Assembly (NCBI RefSeq): GCF_902459465.1
Contig: NC_047062.1
Span: 15,934,001 to 15,998,000 of the forward strand
Length of the DNA: 64,000 nt
Source: Asterias rubens
Taxonomy: Eukaryota
Reading direction: 5' to 3'
The notes beneath the pieces are model-generated. The model was given only the letters and a program-made list of their open reading frames with translations, ran no database searches and was not told where the DNA came from. A program made the translations under genes and the position numbers. This document shows positions 24,783 to 39,229 of this stretch, one piece after another; position 1 is the stretch's first letter; each line of letters begins with the position of its first letter.

Positions 24783-25587
24783 GTAAGAATACTACTTGAC
24801 ATTTAACTATGCTAAGAACCGATTTTAAAATATGTGATTAACATGTACTTGGTATAAAGTTCATATTTTTACATTTTAGAGGCCATCCAGTTGTCAAGAA
24901 TTTTTTTTGAAAACTCATCCACCCCAAATTTCAATTAGGCCTAAATATTGATTGACTTTATAAATAATAACACGATGTAAATGCCTCAAATAAACTAGCT
25001 ATTTTAGATCGAAGGTTTCCGACACCAGCAGTTTCCTTCGAATTTTCCCATTATGTTTAATCAGACACAAAATTGTCAATTTTGCCAGCTGGCATGGCTG
25101 GATATTTTTACCACTTTTTTTGTGACTTTTGTTAAGTATACTGTAATTCAATTTGAGAAAAAAACTAAAATTTTTAATTTTCAGGTATTAAAATATATCA
25201 ACTTTTTTAAATAAACATGCTGCTGAAAGGCCCCTTAATTCATAAAATATTCCTGGGCTTGATGATGTCATCCTTTGAGCTCATAATCTTTAAATTGCCT
25301 GATAAGGCAATAAAAGTAGCAATGATTTAATGCTAGTCTTTTATGGCAATATTTTGGTTCTTAAATTTAGGGTTGTGGTACATGTTAAGGGTAATTTGGA
25401 ATCAGTATTTCTTGGTATATGTCTGTCAGCTATTCCTTTGTTTTGGTCTGGATATTTTTGGAGGGTGTGTGACCTCCATTGCCCTGATCTTAACCCCACC
25501 CTCCCCTGGAAGGGAAAAATGTCAATGCCTGCTCATATGGCAGGATAATGTACATGTACCTGATACATGAAAGCTAAGCACATTATG

Positions 25588-25672
25588 CAGGCCTGATACT
25601 TCACAGAGGCAACAAAGGCGATTGTCTCCATGCCCCCTGGTCAATGCCTTGGTGCCCTTGAAATGCTCCAAT
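25588..25672. mobile_element. hAT-like MITE, partial; other partial copies at about 21530-21570, 34558-34698 and 39345-39489
   Basis: CAGGCCTGATACTTCAC...GCCTTGGTGCCCTTGAAATGCTCC. Confidence 0.75.
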
Positions 25673-28600
25673 TTGAGAAATTCTTAAATTGTCGTAAAAT
25701 GTTGGGAAATGTTAACCGGTTGTGGATCACGCTAGACACAGTAGTTCAAGTGCTTCCTCCATGGATCAAACCAACCGCTCTGTCAGGATTGGTTGGCAAT
25801 ACAGTAGTAGTCATACTTTGATTTCATTTTCTTGACTCAGTCTGCGGTGTTTCTTCAGATGTATTATCTTCGCTGAAATGCATTGTGACAAGAAAAACAC
25901 ACACATATTGAGTCACCATAACACCAGGATGGAATCCAAATCAATTTGCCTTTGAGAGTGCATTGTATTGTGGTACTTCGCCGAAGGGCACCCCCTTCAC
26001 ACAAAGAAAACGATTCACGAGAACTGGGATAACGTTTATATAAAAAAAAGTACTCCTGAACTTGATAATTTTAGCGCTGATATTCACATCAGTTGGATAT
26101 CTGTAGTAAACAGTAGAGTGAACTGAACTCAGCCTGTTTGATACGCTGGATTTATTAGTTTATCCAAGCAATTATAATCTAAATGCAAAATAAGAACTTG
26201 TTCAGACTTGCTGAATGCTTTGCTGCATCACACGATGGTCAGCTGTTAGTTTAGATGACACTGGTCAACACTTTCATTAAGTGCTGTACAATATGTCTGT
26301 GGTGTGTATGCTAAAACATTATTTAGAGAAAGATTTTGTACGCTATACATTTACATTGTGTGTAGTGTAATATGGGCTTAAATGGAAGGGCCCTTTTGGA
26401 TTGTTTTACTCAATGGAATAATATGGACCGCACAAGGCATTTATTTTTTTCAACTTGGACCCCACAGATGAATTCTTTAGAAAAGTGAACAATAGAATAA
26501 CAATAGCAGGACCCCACAAACCCAATCGGTAAGGTTGTGTGCACCTATGTACATGTAGTGTAACCAGTGTAGAGTCTTGAGTTGCAATGTGGTTTGCCTA
26601 TTTAAAAAGTATTTAAAAACAACATACCATACTTTTTTTCAAAGTCTGTATTCATTTTGAAACAATGTATTGCAGTTTGAAATAACACCACCGGCCTTGG
26701 GCCAGTGATTTTAGAATCTTACAGGTTACAACCATACAAGTCTGTCTGTCTCAAGGTTCTAGATGCCTACGCCTCTCTGCATTTTTAAACTAATAAACAC
26801 ACAAATCTTGCAATTCTGTTCCGAAAAATGATATAAATATTCTCTTAGTGCGACTGCTTGTTCTTGTTCAACAAAACAGCTCAAATTGGAAACTGTGTTC
26901 ATTCTGATGCCGGTCATGTAAGAAATGTTCTGGTCCTATCAAAGTTTTGAGAGTACAAGCCCCGCAATCTTGTGGATTTTTTACTCAAAATTCAAGCAGT
27001 GTATTGGCAAAAGCCTAATAATTTTAATAATAATATCGAAGTCTTATATAGCGCACGTATCTACCAAACACGGTACTCAAGGCGCTGAGTATATGATATA
27101 CAAACTTTTAGAAAGAAAGGTTATTGCAGTGATGAAAAAGACAAAAAGTGTACAAAAACAAAATTATTCTCTAGTGCGTAGTGTTCATGATAATCCAATC
27201 TAGAAACCAAGACCTGAAGCTGCCAATCGCGTCTTATAACATCAATATTTCAAAACATAGCAACTTCACACGTTCGAGCAACACTATACCCACTTACCAT
27301 ACTTCATTCTAAAAGCAAATAACAATATCAAGGTGTGTTTGTAAAGTGCAGACATCTGATAAATGATAAATGCACCCCGCCACTTTGAGATGGCTGACGA
27401 CATCTTGTGAGTCACACCTTCTTCGACGGCCGGCCGGGATGAGAGCTGATAATCTTGAGCTCTCCTCCGTCCACCTGATTAACTCTTGGAAATGAGTTTC
27501 ACAGGAGGAGACCTATTTTTTGTTGTTGTGGTGGGACTCCCACGTGGACTTGCGCGGGTCTCATTAATACGGGTCATTGGAAGGAGCTTGCTCGTGCGTA
27601 ATTAGCTGATACTCTTCTCATTTAATTTCACAATGACTTTTCCAGACAAGCATGTACATGTAATACAAACTCTTTAAACTTCTTCCTGGATCTTTTCACA
27701 CTTTCTGGGTTTGGGTTCAAAGACACAAAATGTTGCTCCATTGGGTTCTCGGGGGGAGGGGGGCGGTGCAAAGAAATTTTTGGAGGATTTTTTGTTTTTT
27801 TAAATTGGTGTAAAATGAAATCATATGAGAAATACACTGTAGGTGGGATTTGACCCAAGGACCCTTGCATTCTAGAGCAGGTGGCTTAAAACAACTAGAC
27901 CACTAAACTCGGTAAGCCATGGAAGGGGAAGTTTTTATCCCAAAGTTAGCAATGGTGGGATTTTGAATTTAGTTGTTACACATTCATCCCTGATGTGATG
28001 TCCAGAGTGAACTTTAACAGGTTTGTCGCTGTCCGGTGTTTTTGTACATCCAGGCCTCGAATCTCGTTCTTAAAGGAGAAAGTAATTTACTCTTGTAAGG
28101 CGTACTTCTTTTTGAGGATAATTTGAATATGTATTGGAACTTTGCAAAGGGCACCTGCTCAGCAAAAGCGCAGGGCACCACGGCAATTAATGTACCGTGG
28201 GTTTTGAAGTGAATTGAAGTGCCGTGGGTTATTTCAAGGCCTGTACAGTGTAAGAGTAGACCTAAGATTTCAAGTGTATGTTCTGTAAAATTTGTTTGTA
28301 ACATGATACAATGTGCATTTAATAGTTCCTCTAGATTTTATTGCAAGCGACAGATGTAACACTTTCTTGGCAAGCAGTCACGCTCTGTGATTAACATGTC
28401 AACATACACAGCCCCAGGGGAGGGTCATAGCATTTTCAAACAATACACATCTAATGATCATTGCTTCACTGCGTACTATTCACACACGATCAAATGCAAG
28501 TTTTCGTTATCACTCAAGCCTTGTCAAACTCGGCCCAGACCAGTCATCCATGGCCGACTTCAATCACATAATCATACTCAAAAGATCGGAAATAAAATCA

Positions 28601-28894
28601 TCAAGCAAATGTAAACAGAATTGCTCGTGACATGTAACATTTATAAGAAATGACGTCTCCATAAGTTTCAATCAAACTCTTGATTGTAAGTAAATTTATG
28701 AATAAACCACAAAGACTAGAATTGATAGTTAGTACATGAGCGAATGCACGTTAACCTGGAGATTGCAGGTTGAAGTTCCACTCTAGTAAATGTTTCTTAT
28801 TTTAAATTTAAATTTCTGGAGCTTATTCACTGACTAGTTGTAAGTTTTCTCTCATTACAGTGAATTGGTTAAAAAAAAACTAAATGCAATTCAT

Positions 28895-29064
28895 GCGAGC
28901 CAAATTAAGCAGAAAAGTAAACTTTGCTAAGCAAGATACATTTGTATGAGTGGTGTACCAGGTGCTGCAATGTAAACTGAATGGTATTTTGGCTGGAAAC
29001 CTATTTCTGCTAAGCACGATTTTTCTTTGAGTAGCAAGTTATTGTGCTTTATGAAATTGGGCCC
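28895..29064. mobile_element. MITE family with GGGCCCAATTTCAT terminus (Harbinger-like); related pieces at about 21955-22060, 38020-38130 and 56150-56290
   Basis: ...ATGAAATTGGGCCC end and shared ctaagca/tagcaa-rich internal motifs. Confidence 0.5.
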
Positions 29065-29204
29065 AGAGGATTAACAAGTTGATACAATTCTCACCAAGGG
29101 GTTCAGATGGCTTGTTCTGAACACCTACAGGACATGTGTACTCCGTACATTAATACACCACAGCCTGCAAGAAATTCAAGCCCATACATAAAAACTGCAT
29201 TCAT

Positions 29205-29605
29205 AAATTCCTCAGACAGTTTTGCTATTCTTATTGGTGGAGAGCGCGTCACGTGGGTGCAACTGTGTATAAACCTTTGTTTATGACCAGTAAAAAGTAT
29301 TGAAACATGGGCGTGACACGCGAGCTTGCACCTGTGCTTATATTCCTATTGGTCGAGAGCAACGGCTGAAACAGTTGTGCCACATTGCGCAATACGCACG
29401 ACGCGCATAGCATTCCCTTTATAAGGAGTTGTTTACCCGAGGGCCTAACCGTTTCATAGCGAGAGGGGTGTTGTGTTGAAAGATATCATTGAACAATTAT
29501 AAATTTTGCATTTACCAACTTCGTCTCGGTAAAATTATCAAGAGCCAGGCCTCGTTGGGTTTAAACCACTAGTTGAAAACCTCTTCACCACACATTGATT
29601 CCCTT
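29205..29605. mobile_element. Unclassified repeat related to the palindromic-element class
   Basis: attggtggagagcgcgtcacgtg matches the reverse of 20030-20070; contains a CCTCGTTGG centre motif at about 29550. Confidence 0.4.
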
Positions 29606-29661
29606 ATTTAACTCATTGAAACTGTTCTAACCAATACAACAAGCTTCTGACTGTAATTGGT

Positions 29662-29795
29662 CAGGCCTGTATGCTTGTAGAGCCTTTCAAGGGGCATGGA
29701 GGCAATGACCAGGGGGCATGGAGGCAATGACCAGGGGGCATGGAGGCAATGACCAGGGGGCATGGAGGCAATGACCAGGGGGCATGGAGGCAATG
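29662..29795. repeat. hAT-like MITE remnant containing a 22-bp tandem array (about 4.7 units)
   Basis: CAGGCCTGTATGCTT terminus, then the unit GGGGCATGGAGGCAATGACCAG from 29691. Confidence 0.85.
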
Positions 29796-31024
29796 GAGGG
29801 AAACAGCATCAGAGGGATCTGCTTTTTTATTTCTTTATTATGAATAAACCATGAGGGAAACAGCCTAACTTGGTAAATTTAATTAATTTTGTGTTGAACG
29901 AAGAAAACAATTGACTTTTTTCTTTGTTCAACCCAAAATTAATTAAAATTTGCGCAGTCAGTTTTCCTTATTGGTCTATTAATTGATTGCACATTACGGG
30001 AGATCATGCAGACCACCATAACCATAATAATTAGATTCTAATACAGTTTAGGTTTTGAGCTACCATATGGAGTTTGATTTTGTTAGAATGTCTGGAGAAG
30101 AATTCCATTAAAACACTCAAGGGATCAAGGGTTATAAGGATGTAATCTCACTACATACGCAGTGTTAGAGAAGCGGGATTTACATAAAAAATTACCTTGG
30201 AAATTTAAATTTGGTCTTGCATCTAATTGATAGCCCCCCCCACCCTATTCTGATGTCAGTGACACATCTCTTCCCGAGAATATGTACATAATGCACTCAG
30301 CGTAGGATAGATTTTGTTCAGACACCTTGCACACATTGCCCAGGTGTCAAACCTGTGTACCCGGCTAATGTTGTGTCTTTCTAAAAACTCGGGTCTAAGA
30401 TTTAATTTGTGAGTTGTGGCGAGCATTAAACCTGACGTGAAGCAAGAATCTCTCTGGAGAGTCGGCACACAAACATCGCCGTCCCCCTTCCCCCAATCGA
30501 TGGCGGTAAAGTTTGGTCAATTCCCAATCTGCAATTCATGAGAAAGTCTCCAATTTCCGTGGACCAGTGATGGCGTCTCGCAAATTTTTTAACTGCGGTA
30601 TTTCATTAAGGAAATCTGCAAGTTGCTTTTTATAAACCCGCTCGGGAAAACTAATGAATGAAGAAGAAAACGAGAAAAAAAATAACCCTGGGGCGCTTAA
30701 AGAATTAGATGTTCTGATTAGAGATGTTCGGCTCGTTAGTGATTGGATTGAAATTTCTGTATCTGCGGCAAATCAACGTACGGAGTACACAAGCCAATCT
30801 CTGTAATGTCATTATGAAATGTTGTGCGATACAAGTGACTAGTACGGATGATTGGCTATCAACCTTTCGTGTTTATCTCTGCTATTATATTTTGTACTCT
30901 CTCTCTCCCTCCCCCCCCCCCTCACAAATAAATAAATACATAAGACAAAATTAGTTGGATTTGAAACTTGGCATGGTGGAAATACATGTGCACTATAAAA
31001 AGATTTGCGGTAACAACGTTCAAT

Positions 31025-31080
31025 GGTAATCTCTAAATGAGTTGGGGTGTTTCTGAAAAGAACCGTTGGTTTCAACTCTA
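31025..31080 (-). mobile_element. Same repeat family, truncated before the hammerhead core
   Basis: ggtaatctctaaatgagttggggtgtttctgaaaagaaccgttggtttcaactc matches 15105-15157. Confidence 0.6.
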
Positions 31081-34000
31081 AGAAATAAATAAATAAACAA
31101 ATAACAATACTATTCAAACAAGGGAAGTAGTGGTAATGATAATAATAATAGCATGCATTTATATAGGGTTTAGTACATGGTTTGTAAGCACTTGGGTTTA
31201 ATAATAATGTTTCTAAGCACTTTAAAGACTAACTAATTACCAAAAATAAAAATACATATTGAAGCTTTCGTAGCAACAACTTCACCAGATGCAGTAGTTG
31301 TGTATTTATTTTAAAATCTTTACAGAAGTGCTACCAGTATCTCCCTTGTTTTGACAGTCAGACTAACACGGCTATTTTTATTATTGTCTACCATGCTAAA
31401 TAAAAATGATGGTAATATTAAAATTTGAAAAAAAGGTGCTGGCAGTTGAGCAAGAATTAAATGACGTCTATTAAATATTCCACTTCATGGTATGAGTTTA
31501 CAGGGTTTCTGAAGTCTAACTCGGCTTTTTTTATAAAATAGTAGTATTACTAAAATTAGAAAAAAGTACTGCACTAGCACCCTGACACGTAACATTATTG
31601 CCAGTGTCTGTCATAAAATTTTATATAAAAAAAATAAGATTATCACAGCAGAAATTTGCCTAGTTAGCCTTGGTCGTAGATACAAATGTACAACTGCCTC
31701 CGAAGAGGTATTCAAAGTTCATACTTATAAGTCCAAATTGAATGGGGGTTTTTCCAGGAAAATAACCTTTCACTGTGTATAGTGTGTTGTATAATATTCT
31801 TTATCATAGTTTGTAAAGCATTTACAACCCTGCATCTAGACATGATTTGTGGAAAACTTTTGCAGTTAAAAAGCAATAAGAGTTATCATGCATGACAAAC
31901 CTGAATAAAAGTTTTCTATTGTCGAACACGCATTTGTAGTAAGGACTACATGACAAATGAATGGTTGATTTGATTTGATGTAAAAGAAATAATAGATTCA
32001 CCGAACCTTTTCAAATGCAGTTGAATTGCAATTTCATACAAACCGAACTGTGAAAATTGAGAATTATCCATTCATTAACAATAACAAATTTTTACATTCA
32101 TTGATAATTTGTTGAGAAGTCGGACATAAAACTTGTTGTACAGCACTTTTTTATTGCTTGTTTCTGCTGTACTTCTTAATAATAAAAACTTGTACTTGTA
32201 AAGTTGTACAATTTTATTATCAAGTGGTTGAACATCTGGTCTTGCTGTAATTTAACCTTATAGCGAATCTATTAAAACATACTTCATCTTAAAAATAATT
32301 AAGTCCACAATAACACTTTCTTGTATATTTATATGGCTGTCTATTTACAGTCTTGCTAGAAACATGACAGCATTGATCCTGTCCCAGCACCTCTACTGAC
32401 AGTTTGGGGCCAAACGATGAGGTGTTTTCGCCCATCACTGTACGATTATGCCCTTAGCCAATATGCCGTGTGTCTAGTAACATGAGCTTTTTCTAATATC
32501 TGGTAGTGCAGTTGTGCCGCGGGCAAACAAAATTGCACATCTCAGCTGTCATCATCCCAGGTGAATAACCATGAAGAGAAAAACTGATGTCGGCTGGGCC
32601 ATGGGATCTTGGGAAACTCTATTCTGATTGGTCCAGAGTCACTCGATGTGGCCCAGGTTTCAAAAGGAGATACCCACGTCAATAATTTGTTGGGTTTTGG
32701 GTTTGAGGACGCATCATAAAATGCTGTTGGCAAAATATTCTGATCGTGATTAGCATGATGACATTTATTATATTGCAGAGCATTCAAGTACATTGTATCT
32801 CAGGAAATACAGGTGACTTGAGTCTTATTTAGCAGATTGACATTACCATGGTTTCCCCAGGTTGAATTGACTAGAAATGTGAAATATTTAAAGTATATTT
32901 TCAATAGTTTTATTTCAGAGCCGACACTCCTACAAAATAAATTTATACATGGTTGTACATGTACCCCTCGAGTTTACTATTTGGTTATAGTCTCCTCCTA
33001 TTAAAAATATGGTTTTCTGACTGATCTTCCATGACTTGATATCATAAACAAAAAATGTCTGTTAAAATTTGTCAGTGGTACTAACAAGTTTCAATAATCA
33101 TGAAAATCCTTCCCAGCCATCTGTGGCCATGTGGTGAGAGTAACTGTAGACTTTGTCATGTAATTTCAACAACTGGGACAGTTTTAGGTTACCACAATAA
33201 AAAACGGGTTTCATATCTCGCCATTCTGAGTTTCTACTGTCACACATCAGCCTCTTTCTAAACCAAACTCACAATTTCATCAAAGCTTGTACGCAGACGT
33301 TTTTCTGCTGATGGAACGGAACTGTGTAGCACAGTATCATAGAGACAGACTGTTAGCATTTCGAAGCAAAAGGCACGCTAAGATTATTGGTGGTTCTAGT
33401 GGGCAGATCAATGCAAATCCATCAATTGTGGACGCTCACACAAGCGGTAAAATATTCTTGATAGTTTATGATATGCTCTTTTGCTAAAAGTCTCTTTTTT
33501 TTTAATGTAATGTAGGAAGCAGACAAAAAATGCATACCAGCTGTATGAAATTGTGCAAAGGAAGCAATCTGCCAATGAGGGCAATTTAATTTATTGCTGA
33601 CCTGAGAAATTTATTTGCTGGACAGAAACACTTTACCTGCCTGTGCTTTTGCAGTTGGTGCCCTCTGCAAAGTTCTAATACAAATTTATATTTTCCTCAT
33701 ACATGTAGAAGTGTCTCTTACCAGAGGAAATTCCTGTGCCCCTTCAAAGCCTTCAGTTGTGTAAATTCTAGCACAACTTTCTGTGTCTTTCTGCAATGAT
33801 CATACATCATACTTTTGTACCATTTAACATTCTTAATCCCATAAATTTATGCATTAAAACGTAAATCAAAGTCTTAACAGGTGTTGGAATTGATAAATCA
33901 GAATTAATCAAAGTGTTTTTGCCCCTCGGGTTTAATCATCTCAGATCCATCAGAATGATTCCCCAAGTAGGCCTAGCTGAATTGTGATGGATTCGGAGTA

Positions 34001-36554
34001 TTTGGGCTTAATTCAGCAAGAATGAGTGGTTGACTACGGTCGGGCAGTTGCATTACCGATGATCTGTTGATACATTAATACCTAAATTGGAATGGACGTA
34101 TGCATTCGCAATACGATAAGAAAGCTTGACTTACAAAACTGTCATGTTCGATATATGTACCGTATACAATGTAGACCTGGCTAACAAATACACTGTGAAT
34201 AAAGCCCAACACTCATGCGAACACTGAATCTACACGATGTACATTGTATGTAACGCCTCATGTTTCATCACCAGTGTGTGCTATAGACGATGAACAGCAC
34301 AAATTAAGCGATGATAAACACAAGGTATTAATAAGTTATTTGTTCAGAGTCGTACAGGGTTATTGGGTGTGACCAGACATATTGTGATATTGATTGTACT
34401 GACCATTAGAGGTAGGCACTTAGACTGTACATCCCTGATGGCGATAACCAAGGATCCGGCTAGTAATACTATTCATTATTTTATCTGCATACTGTGTGAC
34501 TTGGGCAAATAAAAGTGGGAAGGATGGCGATTGCACCACTGGACTAGGCTCCATTCCAAAGGCGGTTGTCTCCGTGCCCATGGGTCATTGCCTTGGTGCC
34601 CTTGAAATGCTCCAGTAGAAACTTCTCATAAGGTGCCCTTTATAAAGGAGAAAATGCCTTGGTGCCCTTGCCGTTCAAAAACGAAGCATACAGGTCTGCA
34701 AGTAACTCAGCAAAAAACAGAAGGAGAACAAAATCTATTTTAGTTTTTTTTTATGTTGCAACACTGTTGCATACAATGCACTTTGGAAATGTAACACACA
34801 TAGTAGCAGAAAAGAAAACCTTTCTATACTGAAGATGCACCATCCTCACTTCTCCCCTAAACCCTTTTTGAAATGTCTGGAGCTGCCCCTGTTTAAAAAC
34901 AAGCTCAGGTATGGTCCTATTTCTTCAGTATCAACAATAAATGATACAACTACTGTACCATAGGAGACTAACCTTTACAAACCACAGTTTCTGGATATAC
35001 TATTTATTGACACAAAAATATCTGTAGATGCATGTTTGATTGAGTCAAAGCATGCATACTTTTCCCTACCAATAAAAGTTTTCTTGCTTTCACACCATCA
35101 ACATCTTACAACTCATGATATCTTTTCTATTTCAATCAACATTCAATTTCACATGGATGGAGCTAGCGCCGACTTAAACGATCCCACACACATGGATTCG
35201 CAAACATAGTGAAGCAGACTAAAGAGTAAATCATTGGGGTGTATATGACAGATGGCTTAGAACTCTAAAAACAACAATAACAACTGTGGTCCAATCACAC
35301 ATTGCTTGGATATCTCACTGCGGCATTTGCCCTTGACAGTTTATTTTACTTGATCTGTAATGACGGGTACTTTGTGCTGGCATTTCACACTGACTCTTGG
35401 AAATGAATTTCATGTTTACAGAGGTTTGTGGAACCTTTTGCAGGCACCACTATCAATCTCTAGAGTTATGAGAAGGTTATTTTTAATAGCGGTGTCGGAA
35501 TTGTTTGAGAAGGTTGCGATTGAGATGAAAAGAAACATAAGATGAGTGGTTATCGTTTTGACTGTTCATTTCTACCTCCATGGTTGCAGGTACAACTGAT
35601 TTTCTATTTTAAACCAACATTATCCATTTAAGATATGATTTAGAGCAGAAGGTTTGGACACTCATGTACAGATTTAAACTGTTTTTTCCAAATCTTAGTA
35701 TACATTCAGAACAATCGAATTTAAAAGTTATGATCTTTTTTTTTCAAAAATGTTTTTGACTTGACCACCCACTCTACCCAAATTTTTATGTATAACTATT
35801 GACATGCTATTCGATATACCCTACACGTTGAAGAACAAAGCCACAAATAAAATAGTATGATCATCAATATACTCACAGCTCAGGAGTTTTGGATGGCCTT
35901 CTCCTTGCTTCCAGCATGCAACTTAGTAGTTTGAAAAAGAAGAGGAAATTCAGTGCGCCTGGTAATTGGTGTGGAAACAAGGTTTTTTTTGGAATAGCAG
36001 AGATGACAGATGATCTGGAATGGGCCTCTGTGTATTTCTATACTTTCTCCTTCTAAATTTGTTCTTCGTAAGAATAGCTGAAAACTCGGTTATTTCTTGT
36101 GACCCAATATTAAAACATTTTAAAAGTAAACATTGATTATTGTAGGCCTTTTCCCTAACCCAGAATTTTTTCATTTTAGGTGTCCTATTTTTTTCCCTTT
36201 CATGTGTCTTTCATAGTGACCTAATTTGATCCTATTTTTCATTCATAACTACGTACTTTACTGACATAGACTTAATGTCGTATTTTATTTGACAATAGTC
36301 ATGGTATTCCGTTTCCTAGAGAAGTATAAACAAATTACTGTTGATGTAGGTACGTGGCACGCACACATTGTACGCTCCCTCTGTAAAGGCTGCATTCACC
36401 AAACAATTTATCTTTGTCCGGCCGCCAAGTCAAAGTCAAGGCTGAGATCTGGCTACAACAAAAAATCAATTCAAGATTATTTGAAACTTTATTTGAGGAC
36501 TGTAATCACACTGCCTGCAGCTGCAGTGAATGATTGATAACCCTTCCCTTGATA

Positions 36555-36614
36555 CAGTCAATGCAAGAATCTTTTGACGAGGAAGTTCTCGTCAAAAGGC
36601 TCCTGCATTGACTG
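36555..36614. other. Isolated 60-nt hairpin in B4GAT1 intron 1
   Basis: CAGTCAATGCA-agaat-CTTTTGACGAG-gaagtt-CTCGTCAAAAG-gctcc-TGCATTGACTG. Confidence 0.85.
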
Positions 36615-39053
36615 GGAACTAAAGGCAGTCAACTGCCATCATCCACATTATGTTGTATACGATGATGAACCAAAGTGATCGTGGAGACAAATTCTAGCAT
36701 ATTCAAACATGAATTAAGAGAAAATAATAATAATAATTATAGAAAGATATTTATAAAGCGCCATATTGCCATAATGGCCCGAAGATAAAAAGGAAATTTA
36801 CCAAATTACAACATAACAATACAAAGGGCCCGGTACCCGCAGAATACTATTTAAAAAGGCAATTACAAAAATATGCTCTAGGCAGTTTTAAACAATCTGG
36901 ACAAGCCAGTGAAAAATCAATACAATTAAAACTAAACTATAATAGATATAAATTTGCATCTGGGATAAAGAATATTAATTTTGGTTTGACCAATAATACA
37001 CCAATGTGTGTAAGCTTTGTATACTCTATACTTGCAAAAATATCACAGGCATATTACTTGGATGGGATTCGCACCAAGGACCTTTGCAATTATAGAGCAG
37101 TGTCTTACCAACTAGAATCAAGACAGTTTGTATTACTGAGGAATTGTTAACCTTGGCTTAGGAATAAACATAGTGGCAGAACGTAATGCAGCTCGCAAAG
37201 ATGAGCAGTAATTTTGGCTCATTTGGAAAGTAATGAATATCTTATGTTTTAACATCTTCAGTTTTTGCATAGCTATCTCTTTTTTTGTGGCAGCGGCGTA
37301 ACTTTTCCTCAGACATGGCTTCTCTGCTCCACGTCCCTAAAAACTCCTCCCTCAACCAAATAAATAACTCTAAAATTGACTTTATAATACCTTATTTTTT
37401 GGTTGTCCTCTATTGATGTTCAAACTTTGCTAGACCAAACTCTCTTCACACCACCAGTGATGTTTAAATTCACTCTTGCTGGTTATCGTTTTTTTTTATT
37501 TAAATAAGTTCGACATCAGATAATTGATTGCTAAATAAACCATTTCTTTGCCCCTCACCAGTCACTTCTGCTCCCCCCCCCCATTTTTCTACAAAAACAT
37601 CCATTGCACCCTTCAAACGTTTCTGACGAAAGTAATTTAAAATGGAAGAAAATGGTGAGTTGCCTCTGTCATCCTGTCATCCTATTTTGAATAATGAAAG
37701 GCACCTAGAATTGCTGAGTGCACATTTAATTGCTTTTTAATTTGACGCTGATCATTTTCACACGAGTGAACAGACACATTAGGCCTTAATGTGTGGACAC
37801 AACAACATGTAATGGCTTAGCGTCTGACAAAGGAATCAAAATAAGGTAGATCTATAATTCAGTTTAAGTCAAGTTTTTAACAATGGTTTCAGACTTCCTC
37901 CCTCCATCAATTAGTTTGGGGGAACCATGGGAGCATAATTGGGGGATAAATTACCCTAATTACAGTATATGTACGTGCAAGTGGAGGTTCTTCCACACAC
38001 TTATTGTCCTTCTAGTTACTAGGCATTCTAAAGCTCAGCTAGCACAAAAATTCAGCGCTTGACGTGCAAGCGGAGAATGGTGAGCGTAAGCGCAGAATTC
38101 AGCAGTAAGCAGAGTAATGAAATTGGGCCCTGTAGCCTAATGTTATAGCAATGTATTTCACTGATGTACAACACAGTCATACAGAACTCACTTTGTATTA
38201 TGGAATGTACTGTATCGTGTAGTGTTTCACTTTTTCAGATAATCCAACAGGGAACAGTTTCATCCAGCATAGCGAAATATTTTCAACTCATCATATTACG
38301 TGCACACTGAATGCTAACATTGAGTTGCAAATAATAATAAGAAGAACAACACTTATAATGCGCCAGTATCCATGACACAAATGATGCTCAAGGCGCAACT
38401 GATGATTTTTGAGTAGCAACTGACATATTTTGCGTAGCATTTTGCTCTGCTAGACAAGGGAAGTCATTCACTGTCCAATGCACAATACATGAACCCTAAA
38501 TCTGTACACCAAACAACTTATCATTCCCAAACCAGACAGAATCCCAAGAAAATTTGCTTCTCAATTCTAGTGCTCAGGAGACCCGGCTGCAAATTGGTTC
38601 CAACTTAATTTCTCCCCCCTCTTTGGAATGAGCTTTGCAGCTGGAATCTTTTAGTCTAGTTGGAAATCCTAAAAGGATCAGTTGGTTTGGGACAGTTACA
38701 AAGTGGATTGGGGAATGAGGCTTGTTTTGACTGCAGGAGTTTATTTTTCTTCAATATTAGATTAGTAAAGGATTTCTGAAGTTACTGGCAAGTGATTGAA
38801 GAATGACACACACAGAAGGAATATACATTTAGGGTCATTGACCATCTTAGGTTTCTGAGGGAATTGATAGTACATTTCAGTCATTTTGATCTGTGTGCGC
38901 TCTCCTAGTGGTCCATCAGTCACTTGGTCCATCAATTTGAGTACCCCATGGTATACTCCATGTCATATATTCTCCATTGATTTTAATTATTTGCTCCAGG
39001 CTCCAGTGACCTATCCATTTGACTCTAATAGTCTATCACTTTACATGTAGACC

Positions 39054-39229
39054 CAGGCCTTCTACTTCACGGAGGCATCAAAGGCGATTGCCTCCATGCC
39101 CCCCCTGGTCATTGCCTTGGTCTGTTGGTGCCCTTGAAATACACAGTAGAGATTTACAATTTCCTCACAGGAGAAAATGCCTTTGTGGCGCCCTTGCCCT
39201 TTCAACAATTTAGCCATCATACAGGCATG
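39054..39229. mobile_element. hAT-like MITE (CAGGCCTG termini), full copy
   Basis: Termini CAGGCCT.../...CAGGCATG, flanked by the direct repeat TAGACC. Confidence 0.8.
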
